The position numbers and the translations under genes were made by a program. The notes under the pieces are model-generated. The model worked only from the letters and a program-made list of their open reading frames with translations. It was not told the origin of the DNA and made no database searches. A stretch of DNA of 50,524 bases, counting the filler, from Catajapyx aquilonaris (Eukaryota), in the NCBI GenBank assembly GCA_000934665.2. It is 2 parts of 2 records of this genome, joined end to end, with 100 filler letters (N's around TTAATTAATTAA, not from the genome) between each part and the next. Parts side by side here need not be neighbours in the genome. Positions count along the whole stretch, not along the records: positions 1 to 31,676 come from JYFJ02007520.1; positions 31,777 to 50,524 come from JYFJ02007521.1. One strand, written 5' to 3'. This document shows positions 24,448 to 36,480 of the stretch, piece by piece (the first letter of the stretch is position 1; each line of letters starts with the position of its first letter).

Positions 24448-26621
24448 ATGGCCTCTTCACCTCTGCTGATCACCCTGAGCTTGATGATGATCATGATCTC
24501 AACCAGCAGTGTGATCGGAGGCATAATTGGTGGCAGTAAGTATTTCTATTTTATTATTGCTCATTATATGAGATGTAGCATTGACATGAAACGTCCATTA
24601 CAGATGGTAATACATGTATATTTTTCCTCATTTCAAACCCGACTACTTCAACAGCCAGTGGTATGAACAGATAATACCTGCCCGACATATCATAATTATG
24701 TTGCGTGTTTGCTCTAACTTAAGTACATCATTCTTGCTCATTAACATACTCATGAGATGTAGTCCACCTTTCACACGCTGCTATTGATGTTGTTATACAA
24801 ATAGTACGGAGTTCACGTGTAACATAATTATTTTCCCTTCATGTCAGTACCGGAGACAACAACCTGCGACAACGAAACCACTACTGAAGGTATGACTAAA
24901 ATGAAAATTTTGCTTTATCACCCTCATGTGCAGTAAATTTGTGCTCTTTTATGAGATGACCCCACTTGCGAAATGAAATATAATCTAAAAACTTGTTCAA
25001 TGTATTAGTATCCCAGATCAGTTCTTTGTCAGTCTTAATTTATTTTTAAATAATATTATTAGGTTAATTCACTTATTGCGTAGAATTTGCATGAATATTT
25101 TTTCTCATTTCAGTACCGGAGACGACAACCTGCGACAACGAAACCACTACTGAAGGTATGACTAAAATGAAAATTTTGTTTTATCACCCTCATGTGTAGT
25201 AAATTTGTGCTCTTTTATGAGATGACCCCACTTGCGAAATGAAATATAATCTAAAAACTTGTTCAATTTATTAGTATCCCAGATCAGCTCTTTGTCATTC
25301 TAAATTTATTTAAAAAAATATATTGTTAGGTTAATTCATTTATTGTGTAGAATTTGCATGAATATTTTTTCTCATTTCAGTACCGGAGACGACAACCTGC
25401 GACAACGAAACCACTACTGAAGGTATGACTAAAATGAAAATTTCGTTTTATCACCCTCATGTGTAGTATTTGTGCTCTTTTGTGAGATGACCCCACTTGC
25501 GAAATGAAATATACTCTAAAAACTTGTTCAATTTATTAGTATCCCAGATCAGCTCTTTGTCATTCTAAATTTATTTAAAAAAAATATTGTTAGGTTTATT
25601 TACATGAATATTTTTTTCTCATTTCAGAACCGGAGACAACAACCTGTGAGGACGAAGGTATGAATAAAGTCAAAATTTTCATGTGTAGTCCACTTGTTCT
25701 GTTTTGCTAAGATGAACTGCACACATGTATTGATATGGCTTGGCCCAATAGAGTCTCAAAACTTGTCCAATTTATTTGTGTCCCAGATGAGCTCTTTGTC
25801 ATGCTTAATTTCTTTTTTAAATATCATTATCGGTTAATTAATTTATTGTGTAGAGTTTAAACGAATTTTTCCTCACTTCAGAACCGGAGACAACAACAAC
25901 ATGCGAGGACGAGGGCACTGGTGGTATGACTAATTAATCAAAATTCTTAACATTATTATCATGTCTAGTGCACTCTTTTGCTTTGATGAATCACACTTGA
26001 AATACTTCGGTCAAATTGACTCTTAAAATTGGTGCAATTTATTCATGTCGATTGTCATTCCAAATTTTAAAAATATTATTTGGTTAATTCATACGTAATT
26101 GCACTGGTTACCATAAAATAATACTGGTACAAATTCCAAACATATTTTTCAAGCAATGTACATACTTCTTAATATATTTCCAGGCATACCATCAGGATTT
26201 GGCGATTTCTTTTCTCTTCTGTGCAGTAAGTTCTCTTTTTCTCTAATAAAGTAAAATTATATGTCCTGTATAACTCATCAGTGATTTAAAAGGTTCTAAT
26301 ACGAGAAGTAAAAATTATGATAATGATGAATGTTACTTTTGTGACTAAACCATGCTGAACTCATTATTATTTTTTCTAATTCTAGTTGATGAGCTATCTA
26401 ACTACTCTTCTCCGTTTATTTCAGGCTTAATAAATTTCATCGTTGGCCTCCCTCGTGCATTTGGTGGCCCTGGTCTGGGTGCTCCGGGTGTTGGAGGTCC
26501 TCTCGGGAATATTCCAGGTGCTGGAGGTGCTGGAGGTGCTCTCGAGAATATTCCAGGTGCTGGAGGTGCTGGAGGTGCTCTCGGGAATGTGGGTCAGAAT
26601 AATGCGATGCCTAATTTGTAA
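24448..26621 (+). CDS. Secreted micro-exon/Gly-rich protein, copy C (about 174 aa)
   Basis: TATAAAA at about 24349. Exons 24448-24535, 24848-24889, 25114-25155, 25381-25422, 25628-25657, 25882-25923, 26184-26225, 26425-26621. The tail has NIPGAGGAGGAL repeats. Confidence 0.8.
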
Positions 26622-27429
26622 GTTCGAGTCATCTGCTGCCAGACTGCACCACTGGCACCATAGCCGAATCCAAATGCAGCATCGAATTTTTATCTCTGCA
26701 CCCGTCCCTTCTAAATGCACCCTTTGCCACACTAACTTGCATCAGCATATTATAGATGCACCCACTGTACAGTCTACACTTCATAATGATAAATGAACTC
26801 TTATTATGGACTTATTATGACAGCACAATAAATACTGATGACCCACTGGTATCTAAACCTTTTCTGTTTGATCTACCCTGACATATTTGACTTTCACTTG
26901 AATTCACATTGACATTCAGACCATGTCACACATAGTACCATTCTGCGCAGAATGTCACGCTGAACTCAAAACACCAGAAAAATGTAAGACGAGGCAGATG
27001 GCACTTTAAACCTTTTTGCAGATCACCCTTCAACTAATGCGAGGGGTACTCCCAGGTACTCCTTAGGTACCGGTACCTTACTCTTTGGTGCTCCTTGAAT
27101 TTGGTATACTCCAGTATGTACACTTTTCAGTCGAGTGAATCCCCTTGGCTTTTATGTCAGACTTTGCAGAAACAATAATTAAATTGAGATCCTCGGACAT
27201 CATATTGTTACCACAGAAGTTACATAACCGGATAATTGTCACTCTTAAATATGCAGATAATGATATATGCACTATATTTTTGTCCAACTAGCTTCTGCGA
27301 TCTGAAAATAACGCCAACAGGAAGAGTGATCCACCCAAACTATCAATCATAGAGCAGGAAGGGTTAAATTGATAGTAATATTCTGGCTATAAATATAACC
27401 ATGCGTCTCATTTCGCAACGAGAACAACA

Positions 27430-28449
27430 ATGGTCACCTTTGCAGCCTTCCTTCTGTTGTCGTCCATCGCTGCATCCAGTGATTTGGTGAGCATTTTGGC
27501 ACCATTTTAAAGAATTTAGGGTCATTATGACGATCACATTTATGCAGATTTAATTTGTTATGTAAATATAAGTCCTATATAGTTGACTAACCTAACCCTA
27601 GTTTTCTGATAGAAAATGCAATAAAGAAACAGTTAACACTTTACGTTTTAAGTCCATTATAACAGCAATTTTTTAAAGCCCATCTACTGCCGCAGTTCAC
27701 CAGATGATATCAATAATGTGTGGTCAACAGGCGAGGGTCGTAAAGCGGTCTACAATTGTTTTGAAACTGAACCTCAGAAGGTTGAACAACTTCTTTAATT
27801 ATTGCTTTCTGATTAAATGAAAATTGAACAAAAAAAATTTGATAAAATAATATCCAACCAGGTTTCAGACTATTGTGATGCCTTCCAATGCCTATTTGAT
27901 TCTTCTGGTCTGGTAAGTACTATGCAACAATAAATTTTAATAATTTCATGCTTAGAAAATTTAAACGTAAGGGACGCTTAATTTGCATGTCAGATTGATG
28001 ATGACGGAAACATCAAACCTAAAGAGTACGTGGACTTTATGGCTCCCGAAGGATACGAAGATTTAAAGGAATTCATGATTCAGGCACTGACTGACTGCAT
28101 AGAAACAGGTCAGTTTTAGATTGCAATAATAATAATAATTAATAAGCAACACGACAAATCGAGCAAACATCAGCATAGCTCATTATGATTTGTCCAGTTT
28201 TTGTTGCATAATGACCATCGTCGTCGTCATCATGTATAGGTGAAAATCCACGTGAGCTTTGCCCTGCAACAAGTCAAACAACTTGCGCTACGAAAAAATT
28301 CAACTGATAAGGTAATTTAGGCCTATCAAGGCTGACTACATGAAATGCAGAATGATCAAAGTCCAACACTGAGTCTGGGAGAATACAATGGGGTGCACCA
28401 ATATTTAAAAATCCACCTTTCTCTTGTTTTACAGGATTGTGGTATATGA
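27430..28449 (+). CDS. OBP-like secreted protein copy 1 (premature stop at 28305-28307; possibly a pseudogene)
   Basis: Exons 27430-27486, 27679-27780, 27862-27912, 27994-28108, 28240-28311, 28435-28449. A net 4-nt gain versus copy 2 gives TTC AAC TGA before the last exon (DCGI). Confidence 0.65.
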
Positions 28450-29007
28450 TTTCTCTGAAAGATTACAGGGTGAAGGTAAAAAATCATGTCATTGAACCTG
28501 ATAATAAATTTTCATAACTGATGTAGGCAAGTTTTACTTATTTCTGATGAATCTCATTCTGTAAGTTTAAGTGACTTGTAAGCTCAGTGTTGACAATTTT
28601 TTTAAAAAATTTAATTTATAAAAATAACCGCGGCCACGCACGACCCCCAGAAAAAGGCTTCGCGACCCCCTTTGGGTGTCTTTAAACCAATAAACGTGTT
28701 TTAAAATTCACAGGGAAAAACTAAAGAACTAATAAGAGTCCAAGTGATGTGGGTTATACATCCTATTGTTACTCCAGAAGTTACATAACAGTATGATTGT
28801 TACTTTTAAGAGTTATGCACTATTTCTGTCCAACAATAGCTTCCGTCATCTGAAAATAACCCCAACAGGAAGTGAGTAGCACCGAAACTATCATTCACAG
28901 GAGAGGAGGAAGGGTGCAAGAAGTGATAGTAATATTCTAGCTATGAATATATTCACATAGTCTACCTAATGCATAATTGGACGCCTCATTTTGCATCGAG
29001 AGGAACA

Positions 29008-29927
29008 ATGGTCACCTTTGCAGCCTTCCTTCTGTTGGCGTCCATCGCTGCAGCCAGTGATTTGGTGAGCACTAGCACTATTTTAAAGGACTTGGTCATT
29101 ATGACCATCACATGTTACGCAGATTTCACTTGTTATGCAAAATCCGCAAAACTGAGGCCTTAATTTTAATTTAGAAAAATCATAAACAGCTCTTCTCCTT
29201 TCGTACAATAAACAACAGCCCATGATAACAACAATTATTTTTAGCCCCTCTACTGCCGAAATCTGCCAGATGACGACTATTCTGTGTGGTCATTTGGAGA
29301 GGGTCGTAAAGCATACAACAATTGCTTTGAAACTGAATTTGACAAGGTTGAACACGTTACTTAATTATTGCTTTCTGATTACATGAAAATTGAACAAAAA
29401 AATAATGTGATTAAATAATATCTAACAAGGTTTCACACTACTGTGATGCCTACCAATGCCTGTTGCATTCTTCCGGCCTGGTAAGTACAGTCCTACAATG
29501 GATGTTAAATGTTTCATGCTTTGAGAATTACGTAAGGGACTCTTTATTTTCTTGTCAGATTGATGATGACGGAAACATCAAACCTAGAGCGTACGTGGAC
29601 TTTATGATTCCTGAAGGATACGAAGAATTAAAGGAGATCTCGGTTCAGTCTCTGACTGAATGCATAGAAACTGGTCAGTATCAGATTGCAATAATTATTA
29701 TAATTATTATTTTAATAATGATCATCATCACGCAGGAGAAAATCCATATGAGCATTGCCCAGCAACAAGTCAAGTAATTTGTGCTGGGGAAAAATTCATC
29801 AAGGTAATTTTAGGCCTATCAAGGCTGACTACATGAAATGCAGAATGATCAAAGTCCAACTCTGAGTCTGGGAGTACAAGGCTGCACCAATCACGTTTCT
29901 CTTGTTTTGCAGGTTTGTGGTGAATGA
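29008..29927 (+). CDS. OBP-like (PBP/GOBP-type) secreted protein copy 2, about 135 aa, 8 Cys
   Basis: Exons 29008-29064, 29245-29346, 29430-29480, 29559-29673, 29736-29803, 29913-29927. Signal peptide on its own phase-0 exon. C-LLHSSGLIDDDGNI motif, 41-residue Cys gap and terminal C-X8-C resemble OBPs. Confidence 0.65.
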
Positions 29928-30533
29928 TTTCTCTGGATGATAACAGGGTGAAGGTAAATCACGACATTGAGCTTGATAATAAATAATCATAATTGATGTT
30001 TGCAAATAATTACTTATTTTCGATATATCTCATTCTATGTGAGATAGCAGTTAAGTGCCTTGTCAGCTCAGATTTGACAATTTATTGCCCAGTTAATTGT
30101 CGGAAGGTGTGGTGAACTGGTTATTTGTGTAATAGGTCTTGTGGATTATGATTGTCTCGACGTTATTCAGTTTTAATATTCATTATTTAAAAAAAATTCA
30201 TGCAGAGAAACAAAAGGCCGAACCAACCTGACTTATAACTTATTGAAATCATTTATCTCTGATTCATCATATGTCATATCACTCTCACCTGAGCCACGAA
30301 ATTACACAAACAGGTCATGTGATGCATAGGAGTTACGTAAAAGTGCGAGGCTTTGGCAGTGATGGACAAGATAATAACAAATGTCTCAAGCGAAGGATTT
30401 TTCATTTCTCATAAGCTTTGCACAATCTGATTGTCATCACAGCTGGTAAAATGACAACCACAATGACTTATTCACAACACTATTACGCAAAGTGTTTCGT
30501 GGAATCGGTATTACACAATAGCATTGTCATAGG

Positions 30534-30536
<3 letters not shown>

Positions 30537-30587
<51 letters not shown>

Positions 30588-30648
30588 GAGAGAGAGGGAG
30601 AGAGAGAGAGAGTNNGAGAGAGAGAGAGAGATGGAGAGAGAGAGAGAG
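30537..30648. repeat. (GA)n microsatellite
   Basis: About 110 nt of AG dinucleotides with 2 Ns, followed by TATAAAA at about 30670. Confidence 0.95.
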
Positions 30649-30806
30649 TAGAAAGGGTATGTTTGATAGTATAAAAGCCGTGGCTTTACATTTGTTGTGA
30701 AGCACTGTTTCAGCAGCGTGTGCGTCACAGGGTTGAGAGTAGTCAATTCCCTGCATTAATTACATGCCTGATTTTTGAGAAGACGAAATTAGATCCCGTA
30801 ACAACT

Positions 30807-31676
30807 ATGCTGGTGTCATGCGCAAGTTCCATGTGTTTACTCTTCATCACTGGTGTTGTCCACGCAAAGGTCATTCTCGTGCCTCTTGATGAGGACTCGG
30901 AAGAAAGATTGTTCGCCGAAACAGTGACCAAGATTCAAGAGGCGGATAGCAGGCTGGCCAACTGCTCCGTCGCCATCCTCCACGACGAACCAGTGCTGCC
31001 AACTGGACTGTCACCACTGACAACAAGAAGTGTCAACACGTCTCTTGTCGTTGCTTCCAGCATGCATCGGATCGGGGGAGGGAACAACTATCCACTGGTG
31101 ATGCAGAGGGCGGGACAGTGCTTCATGACTGTTCATTACTTGGATTCAAACACACCTCAAAATTTGAATTACGACTTGTTTTATGGGGCACTAAAGTATC
31201 CTCGGGGACTGCGCAATTTTAATGTCTATCACATGACAGACGGGATGAGCAAAGATATGATCGAGTGGGAATCGGAGTGTGTGATAAATAGAGTTGGGAT
31301 CGACCAGTTTGGGAGAGAAAATGGCGAGACCAGCTTTCGGCTGATCTCGCCTTGTTACTTTTGCGACAAAGGAAACTATTCCGTCACTATCAGGAACAAC
31401 GTCACCTCCGTGAAAAAGGTATTTCCAGCAGTTGGCACTGTCAACATCAACGGAAGAAAAATTCACATACGCCGATATTTCACACCCATGAATGATGTCA
31501 TTCAGCAATATTTAAATTACCAGACCATAAAGTCAGATATACGAGAAAAATACGCATTTAATGGACAGGCATTAATTACATTGTCTGCAATGCAGGGTGG
31601 CCTAGCTTTCACCTACCCTTACGAAATTAGAAAGATTCTAATCATAACTAAGAGAAATGCAATTCACACTGCATGG
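30807..31676 (+). CDS. Divergent ionotropic receptor (IR-4), 5' half, cut by contig end
   Basis: MLVSCASSMCLLFITGVVHAKV... aligns with the IR-2/IR-3 start and stays open to ITKRNAIHTAW at the N-run. Confidence 0.85.
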
Positions 31677-31776
31677 NNNNNNNNNNNNNNNNNNNNNNNN
31701 NNNNNNNNNNNNNNNNNNNNTTAATTAATTAANNNNNNNNNNNNNNNNNNNNNNNNNNNNNNNNNNNNNNNNNNNN
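31677..31776. other. Artificial contig linker
   Basis: Exactly 44 N + TTAATTAATTAA (stop codons in all six frames) + 44 N = 100 nt. The IR does not resume afterwards and base composition shifts. Confidence 0.95.
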
Positions 31777-33435
31777 AAAGGCAATGCTGGGCCAACCTCC
31801 TTAAATATCAATTATAAAGCTGGATTTTAATGGTGGTGTTGCACTTGTGGCGCCACGAGCAGAAGGCTGCAAAAGCGCGAATTAAAATTTTGCCTCACTT
31901 TGGATTTTTTTTTGTATAGGCCTGCGATTAGAGAAACGCTCGCTTCGCTAGCGATCAACTGAAGGTGGTCATATATACGGAGGGCTGAATTCGCGTTTTT
32001 GCCATCATCGTATGGTGGCGCCACAAGTACGAGTGTCCGAAACATTTTGTCCCCCCCCCCCCCCCCCCCCCNNNNNNNNNCCCCCCCCCCCCCCCCATAA
32101 TCCGTATACGACACTCGCATGTAATTCGAGCATTAAACCGGATCTTTTTTAAAAAAATGCGGGGGGCGTCCCGGAATATCATCCAGGAGCAGCGTTCGTC
32201 TAATCCTCTTTTTGTCGGGAGGGGGTAATCTCCGGAAAGTCCAGTCCGGACACGCAAAAAAGTCCCCCCTCCAAAAAAAAGGAAGAGAGGAAATCGATAT
32301 GGAAGTTTTGGTCGGATCGATATGAGACTGACCCTGCCCCATCACGTTGCGACCTCTTGGGCAGAGTGAGGGTTTTTTTTGTGGAGGGTTATATATCGAC
32401 GACGGGCGTCGTCGACGTCGGTTGCTGGGGTGGGTTAAAGGGGAGTCGGGAGAGGTCATGCCCGGGACGTCGGGTCGTCATGACGACGGCGCAGACCCCG
32501 CCCGGGCGTCGCCAAGGAGACCACCCCTTTGGCCCGGGGAAGAGGGGCCATTGGCCCGCGGACCAGGAGGAGGTCGTCGGGGGTACAACATCTCATAGCA
32601 CCCAACCCACGCCGGCGCATTTTATACCCCCCTCAACGACGCCTGCAGCAAGCAATAGTACAACTCAGAGGGACAATCCGCGCGGAGACATATCGACACA
32701 AGTCCAGCCCTCCCCATTTTTTTTGACAATTTTTGGGTGGGTGGGTGGACTGCCCCCCAGGGGACATGCAATAATTAATGCGAGTCGCGGGCCAAAAAGG
32801 ACCGTCAGCCCAAAAGCAAGTTCCTTTTACAGAAGGATCAAAGGGGGACTGTGGGGCAGGGGCGTGCTTACTTTTTGCTCCCTAAGGTTGCTTTGCTGCC
32901 GATGGTGTATAGGTGTCCTCATTATACGGGCTCTTTCATTCCATTCAAAAAGTCTCCCCCCCTCACTGCAACATTTGGATGGTTATACTTGCTGTCCGTT
33001 GGAGTCCACGACGCCGGGCGTCCAGCTATTAATCAGCGTCCGCAAAAGTGATAAGTCCGCGTCCATGCGACCCACTTGACTTACGCGACAAATTGATTAA
33101 TAGAGAACCCCCCCGGAGGTGCCTCGTCCCCGCTAGGGAAGGATAAGAGGTCAAAGATGACCCTCCTCCAACCCAGTGGCTTCTTTTGGGTCCGACATGA
33201 CTAATGAACGCCCCTTGACAAATGACCCCGAGGGCCAATCCCCCCGGCGGGTCACCGGGAGTCAATAGTGGAGGAAGGCATCCCCCCCTCCCTTAAAAGG
33301 TTGACACACACTCTCTTTTACCATGCACCCGAGTCCACTGTTGGCTGTCGCGTAACTAATGATTCCCAAGGAAACAATCCGGAAACTGCCAAATGTAGGG
33401 GGGGTGGGGGGGACACAACTGGAAAAATAGGACCC

Positions 33436-34200
33436 GAAAAATCGCAGATCGCATTGGACATCATTCATCACGACCAATGCGACAGTCAACTTATGAAACA
33501 CCCGGTGCATTTAACTTGTGAGACACACGGTGCAATCCAACTTGTCAGATACATTGAAATCTGACTTATTTATTTATTCATTTCATACCCCGTTCTCTGA
33601 CCTATGGGTCATTATTAGGGGGACACGTAATCTGACTTATGAAGCACAGTGTAATCTGACTTATGAGACGCACGGTGTGATCTTATCTTCAATTGTTGCA
33701 CTTATGCAAGAATGCATTTCTGATTTGGTGCAGAATATCCGCGGAATTTTACAGATGTGAACATCTTATGAAACACCCGGTGTACTCTAACTTGTGTGAC
33801 ACACGGTGTAATATGACTTATGAGCAACACGGTGTAATATGACTTATGAGCAACACGGTGTGATCTTATCTTCAAGAAATTGCACTTTTGCAATAATATG
33901 ATTTTGGTAGAATATTCACGGAGATATTAGTCTTATAAAGGGTGAATTTTTTTACAAATGTGAAAATGGTGCCAACAGATGGCAGCACTGCTGCGAGCAC
34001 ACTAACTCCATCTGTCGGCCGTACTTTTAGGCATCGTTAATCTGACGGTTTCAAACGGAAAAAAATGGGCTCGAAAAATCACAGATCGCATTGGGCATCA
34101 TTCATCGCGACAGTGAACTTACTTATGAAACACCCTGTGTAACCTAACTTGTGAGACGCACGGTGTGATCTGACTTATGAGACACGGTGTAATCTGATAT
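33436..34200. repeat. Degenerate minisatellite (about 24-26-nt unit tgacttatgag-cacacggtgtaatc) within duplicated blocks
   Basis: The unit recurs about a dozen times; the block cagatcgcattgg..catcattcatc is at about 33445 and 34083. Confidence 0.7.
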
Positions 34201-34209
34201 CTTCAAGTA

Positions 34210-34371
34210 CAGTGTTGGCCATAAATCGAGGCATACTGCTAGCGACATACTCCGAAGCGGCAGAACAAGGAATCTTGCTCCCCCGGCTTGCAGTATCCTT
34301 ATCTTCGATTCCTTCCTCTGCCGCTCCGGAAAATGTCGCTAGCGGTTTGCCTCGATTAATGTCCTACACTG
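34210..34371. mobile_element. Hairpin MITE, Tc1/mariner-type ends
   Basis: TA-CAGTG...CACTG-TA; the two halves are imperfect reverse complements over about 65 nt. Confidence 0.75.
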
Positions 34372-35269
34372 TACTCTGTACATGCGTGATTTGCAATATA
34401 TTATATTAAAAGCATTCGTTATTGTTTGTAAAAGTAGGTAAGCCGCATATTGTAGTTACCGCGACGCTTCCTATTGGCCAAGTTCTGCGCCTGCGCAATG
34501 GTGTGGAGGCAGCGCCTCTGGTGGGTGGGAGTTCGTTCGTATTTTTCTAGCTAATTTTTGATTTTGGCAGACTATGATTCGCGGAATTTGTCTTAAAGGT
34601 GACATATTTGAAAATCGCTCCAACAGATGGCAGCACTGTTGTCGCAACACTAGATCCATCTGTCGGCCATACTTTTCGGCAGGAATATAACGGTTTGAAA
34701 CGGCGGACGATTAATTATATTCCGCGCACACATATCCTGAGAAAAGCCTGATTAGCATGAGACCATTTGTCCACGATCATGGCAGCAGCCTTTTACTGGC
34801 CAAAATCCCTACGATTTTGGAGACCTATCGAGAGGGGGGAAAAATACCTTTTTTTTGGGTGGGTTTGTGACAAATGATTCCTCTCAGGTCGGACAGGACG
34901 AATGTGGAAATGCCATTTCCTATGTGGGGGTCAGCCCTTGCTCCCTTCTCAGACTCCCAATGCAGCTTATACAAAATGGACCAAAGTGTTCCCATCGGAT
35001 ATTGAAAAGTGTGGCTTCCGCGCATGGCCTTTTCCCCCCTCCCTTATATATATTAAAAGAAGCGAGGGTTTACCAGCAAATAGGGTGTGAAATTGGGTCT
35101 GAAGAGGATGCATATATATATTGAAGGTGGGTGTTTTGCATTGGAGAGGGTGAGGGTTGCGGACGATTAATTTCTGGTAGGACCCAAGGCGGCAATTCAA
35201 TGGCAGCAGGAAGAGGGAAGATTGGAGAGAGCGAGGGGGGTCGCCACTTCAAATTGAGGTCAAAGCTAC

Positions 35270-36480
35270 AAGATGGCAGGGATTTCGCGCCTAATCAACC
35301 TAGTGCGTACCACAGTTTGCGCAGCATGCGAGGTTGGCATTATCAATGATACAGTGGGTGTCAGTGAATGTATTTCCAACGCTACAGTAGGGGAGAAACA
35401 AATCCGAGATGGCAGGGCTTTCATGCCTAGTGCACCTAGTCTGCCATCCGCTCGAAGAAGACCGTAACTCAACATCCACTTTCCCTTGCGGCGAGAAAAA
35501 AAGTAGTGGTACCAAAATCATCCAACAGGTGGAGTTTGGGTGCCCGTTCCTTTCTCACTTCCTTCAACGCCACCTCTTGGATGCTTTCGGTAACACTTGC
35601 TTACTTTTCTCGCCGCAAGGGAAGTGGATTTTGAGTTACGGTTTTCTCTGAGCGGACGGCAGTAGTGCGCACCACAGTTTGAGCAGCCTGCTAGGTTGGC
35701 ATTATCAACGATACGATGGGTGAAATAAAAATGAATGTATTTCCAACGCTACACTAGGGAAGAAACAAATTCGAGATGGCTTTGATGTCTAGTGCACCTA
35801 GCGCGCACCGCAGTTTGCGCAGCCTGAGAGGTTGGCATTATCAAGGATATAGTCTACAGTGGGTGTAAAATGTAAATATTGGTAAATAAGAACTGAATAT
35901 ACTTCCAACGCTACACTCGGGGGGAAACAAATTCGAGATGGCTGGGATTTCGTGTCACAGCGCAATTTTTGGAAAACATTGCACCCTAACCACGAATATT
36001 TTTGCTCGTCATTGCCAAAAAAAATGCGCTGGCACAATCTCACCCCACCTGGCACAATCTTACCCCAATTGACTGTACTATGGGTAGGGGGGGGGGGGGC
36101 AAAATGATTGACGTTTGCGACGTTGCCAAGGCTCTGGAGCAAACCTCTGGCAACGTTGTTGTCACAACAGAGCTGCGCGAGTGTGGGTACGCACTCGGTT
36201 ACGTTCGTAAACAAATATTCATCTACTAGAGATGAAGCTTTCTCATTATGCCAAACCCTTCTGAGTCTGTTTCCAAACCTTGTCACCCACTCCGGAAGCT
36301 AAAACCTAGTGCGCACCATGTTCGCGCAGCTTGCACGGTTGGAGCTATCAACAATATCTGGTAAGCTGCACGTATTTCCAAAGCTACGATTGGGGAAGCA
36401 AAATGGTGGTCATTCGCGACGTTGCCAATGCTAGCTGCGCGAGTGAGGCTGCGCACTCGGTTGTGCTCGTAATAAAATCA
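35270..36480. repeat. Degenerate local repeat family (cctagtgcgcaccacagtttgcgcagc...ttccaacgctaca...gagatggc)
   Basis: Copies start near 35299, 35436/35663, 35797 and 36305. Confidence 0.7.
35441..35662. mobile_element. MITE, about 60-bp TIRs, 4-bp TSD
   Basis: CTGCC...GGCAG ends, TAGT duplicated, inserted into a cctagtgcgc repeat unit. One arm recurs at 38760-38828. Confidence 0.75.

Noticed and set aside
22060..25930. Regularly spaced conserved 30-42-nt repeats resembling a CRISPR array
   Set aside because: The spacers are about 220-230-nt homologous AT-rich introns with GT-AG ends, the repeats are coding exons, the context is eukaryotic and no cas genes are present.
30418..30756. ERERER / SLSLSL ORFs
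   Set aside because: Translations of the (GA)n microsatellite.
30720..30806. N-terminal extension of IR-4 in the ORF track
   Set aside because: Starts at a non-ATG codon; paralogues begin at the Met equivalent to 30807, and the listed stop comes from the linker.
31777..33600. GC-rich ORFs including the 240-aa ORF at 32357-33079
   Set aside because: No recognisable domain, non-ATG starts, and homopolymer-rich low-quality sequence; cannot be supported as coding.
33436..34200. Short direct repeats as a CRISPR or iteron array
   Set aside because: Units are degenerate and mostly adjacent, without unique spacers; a minisatellite.
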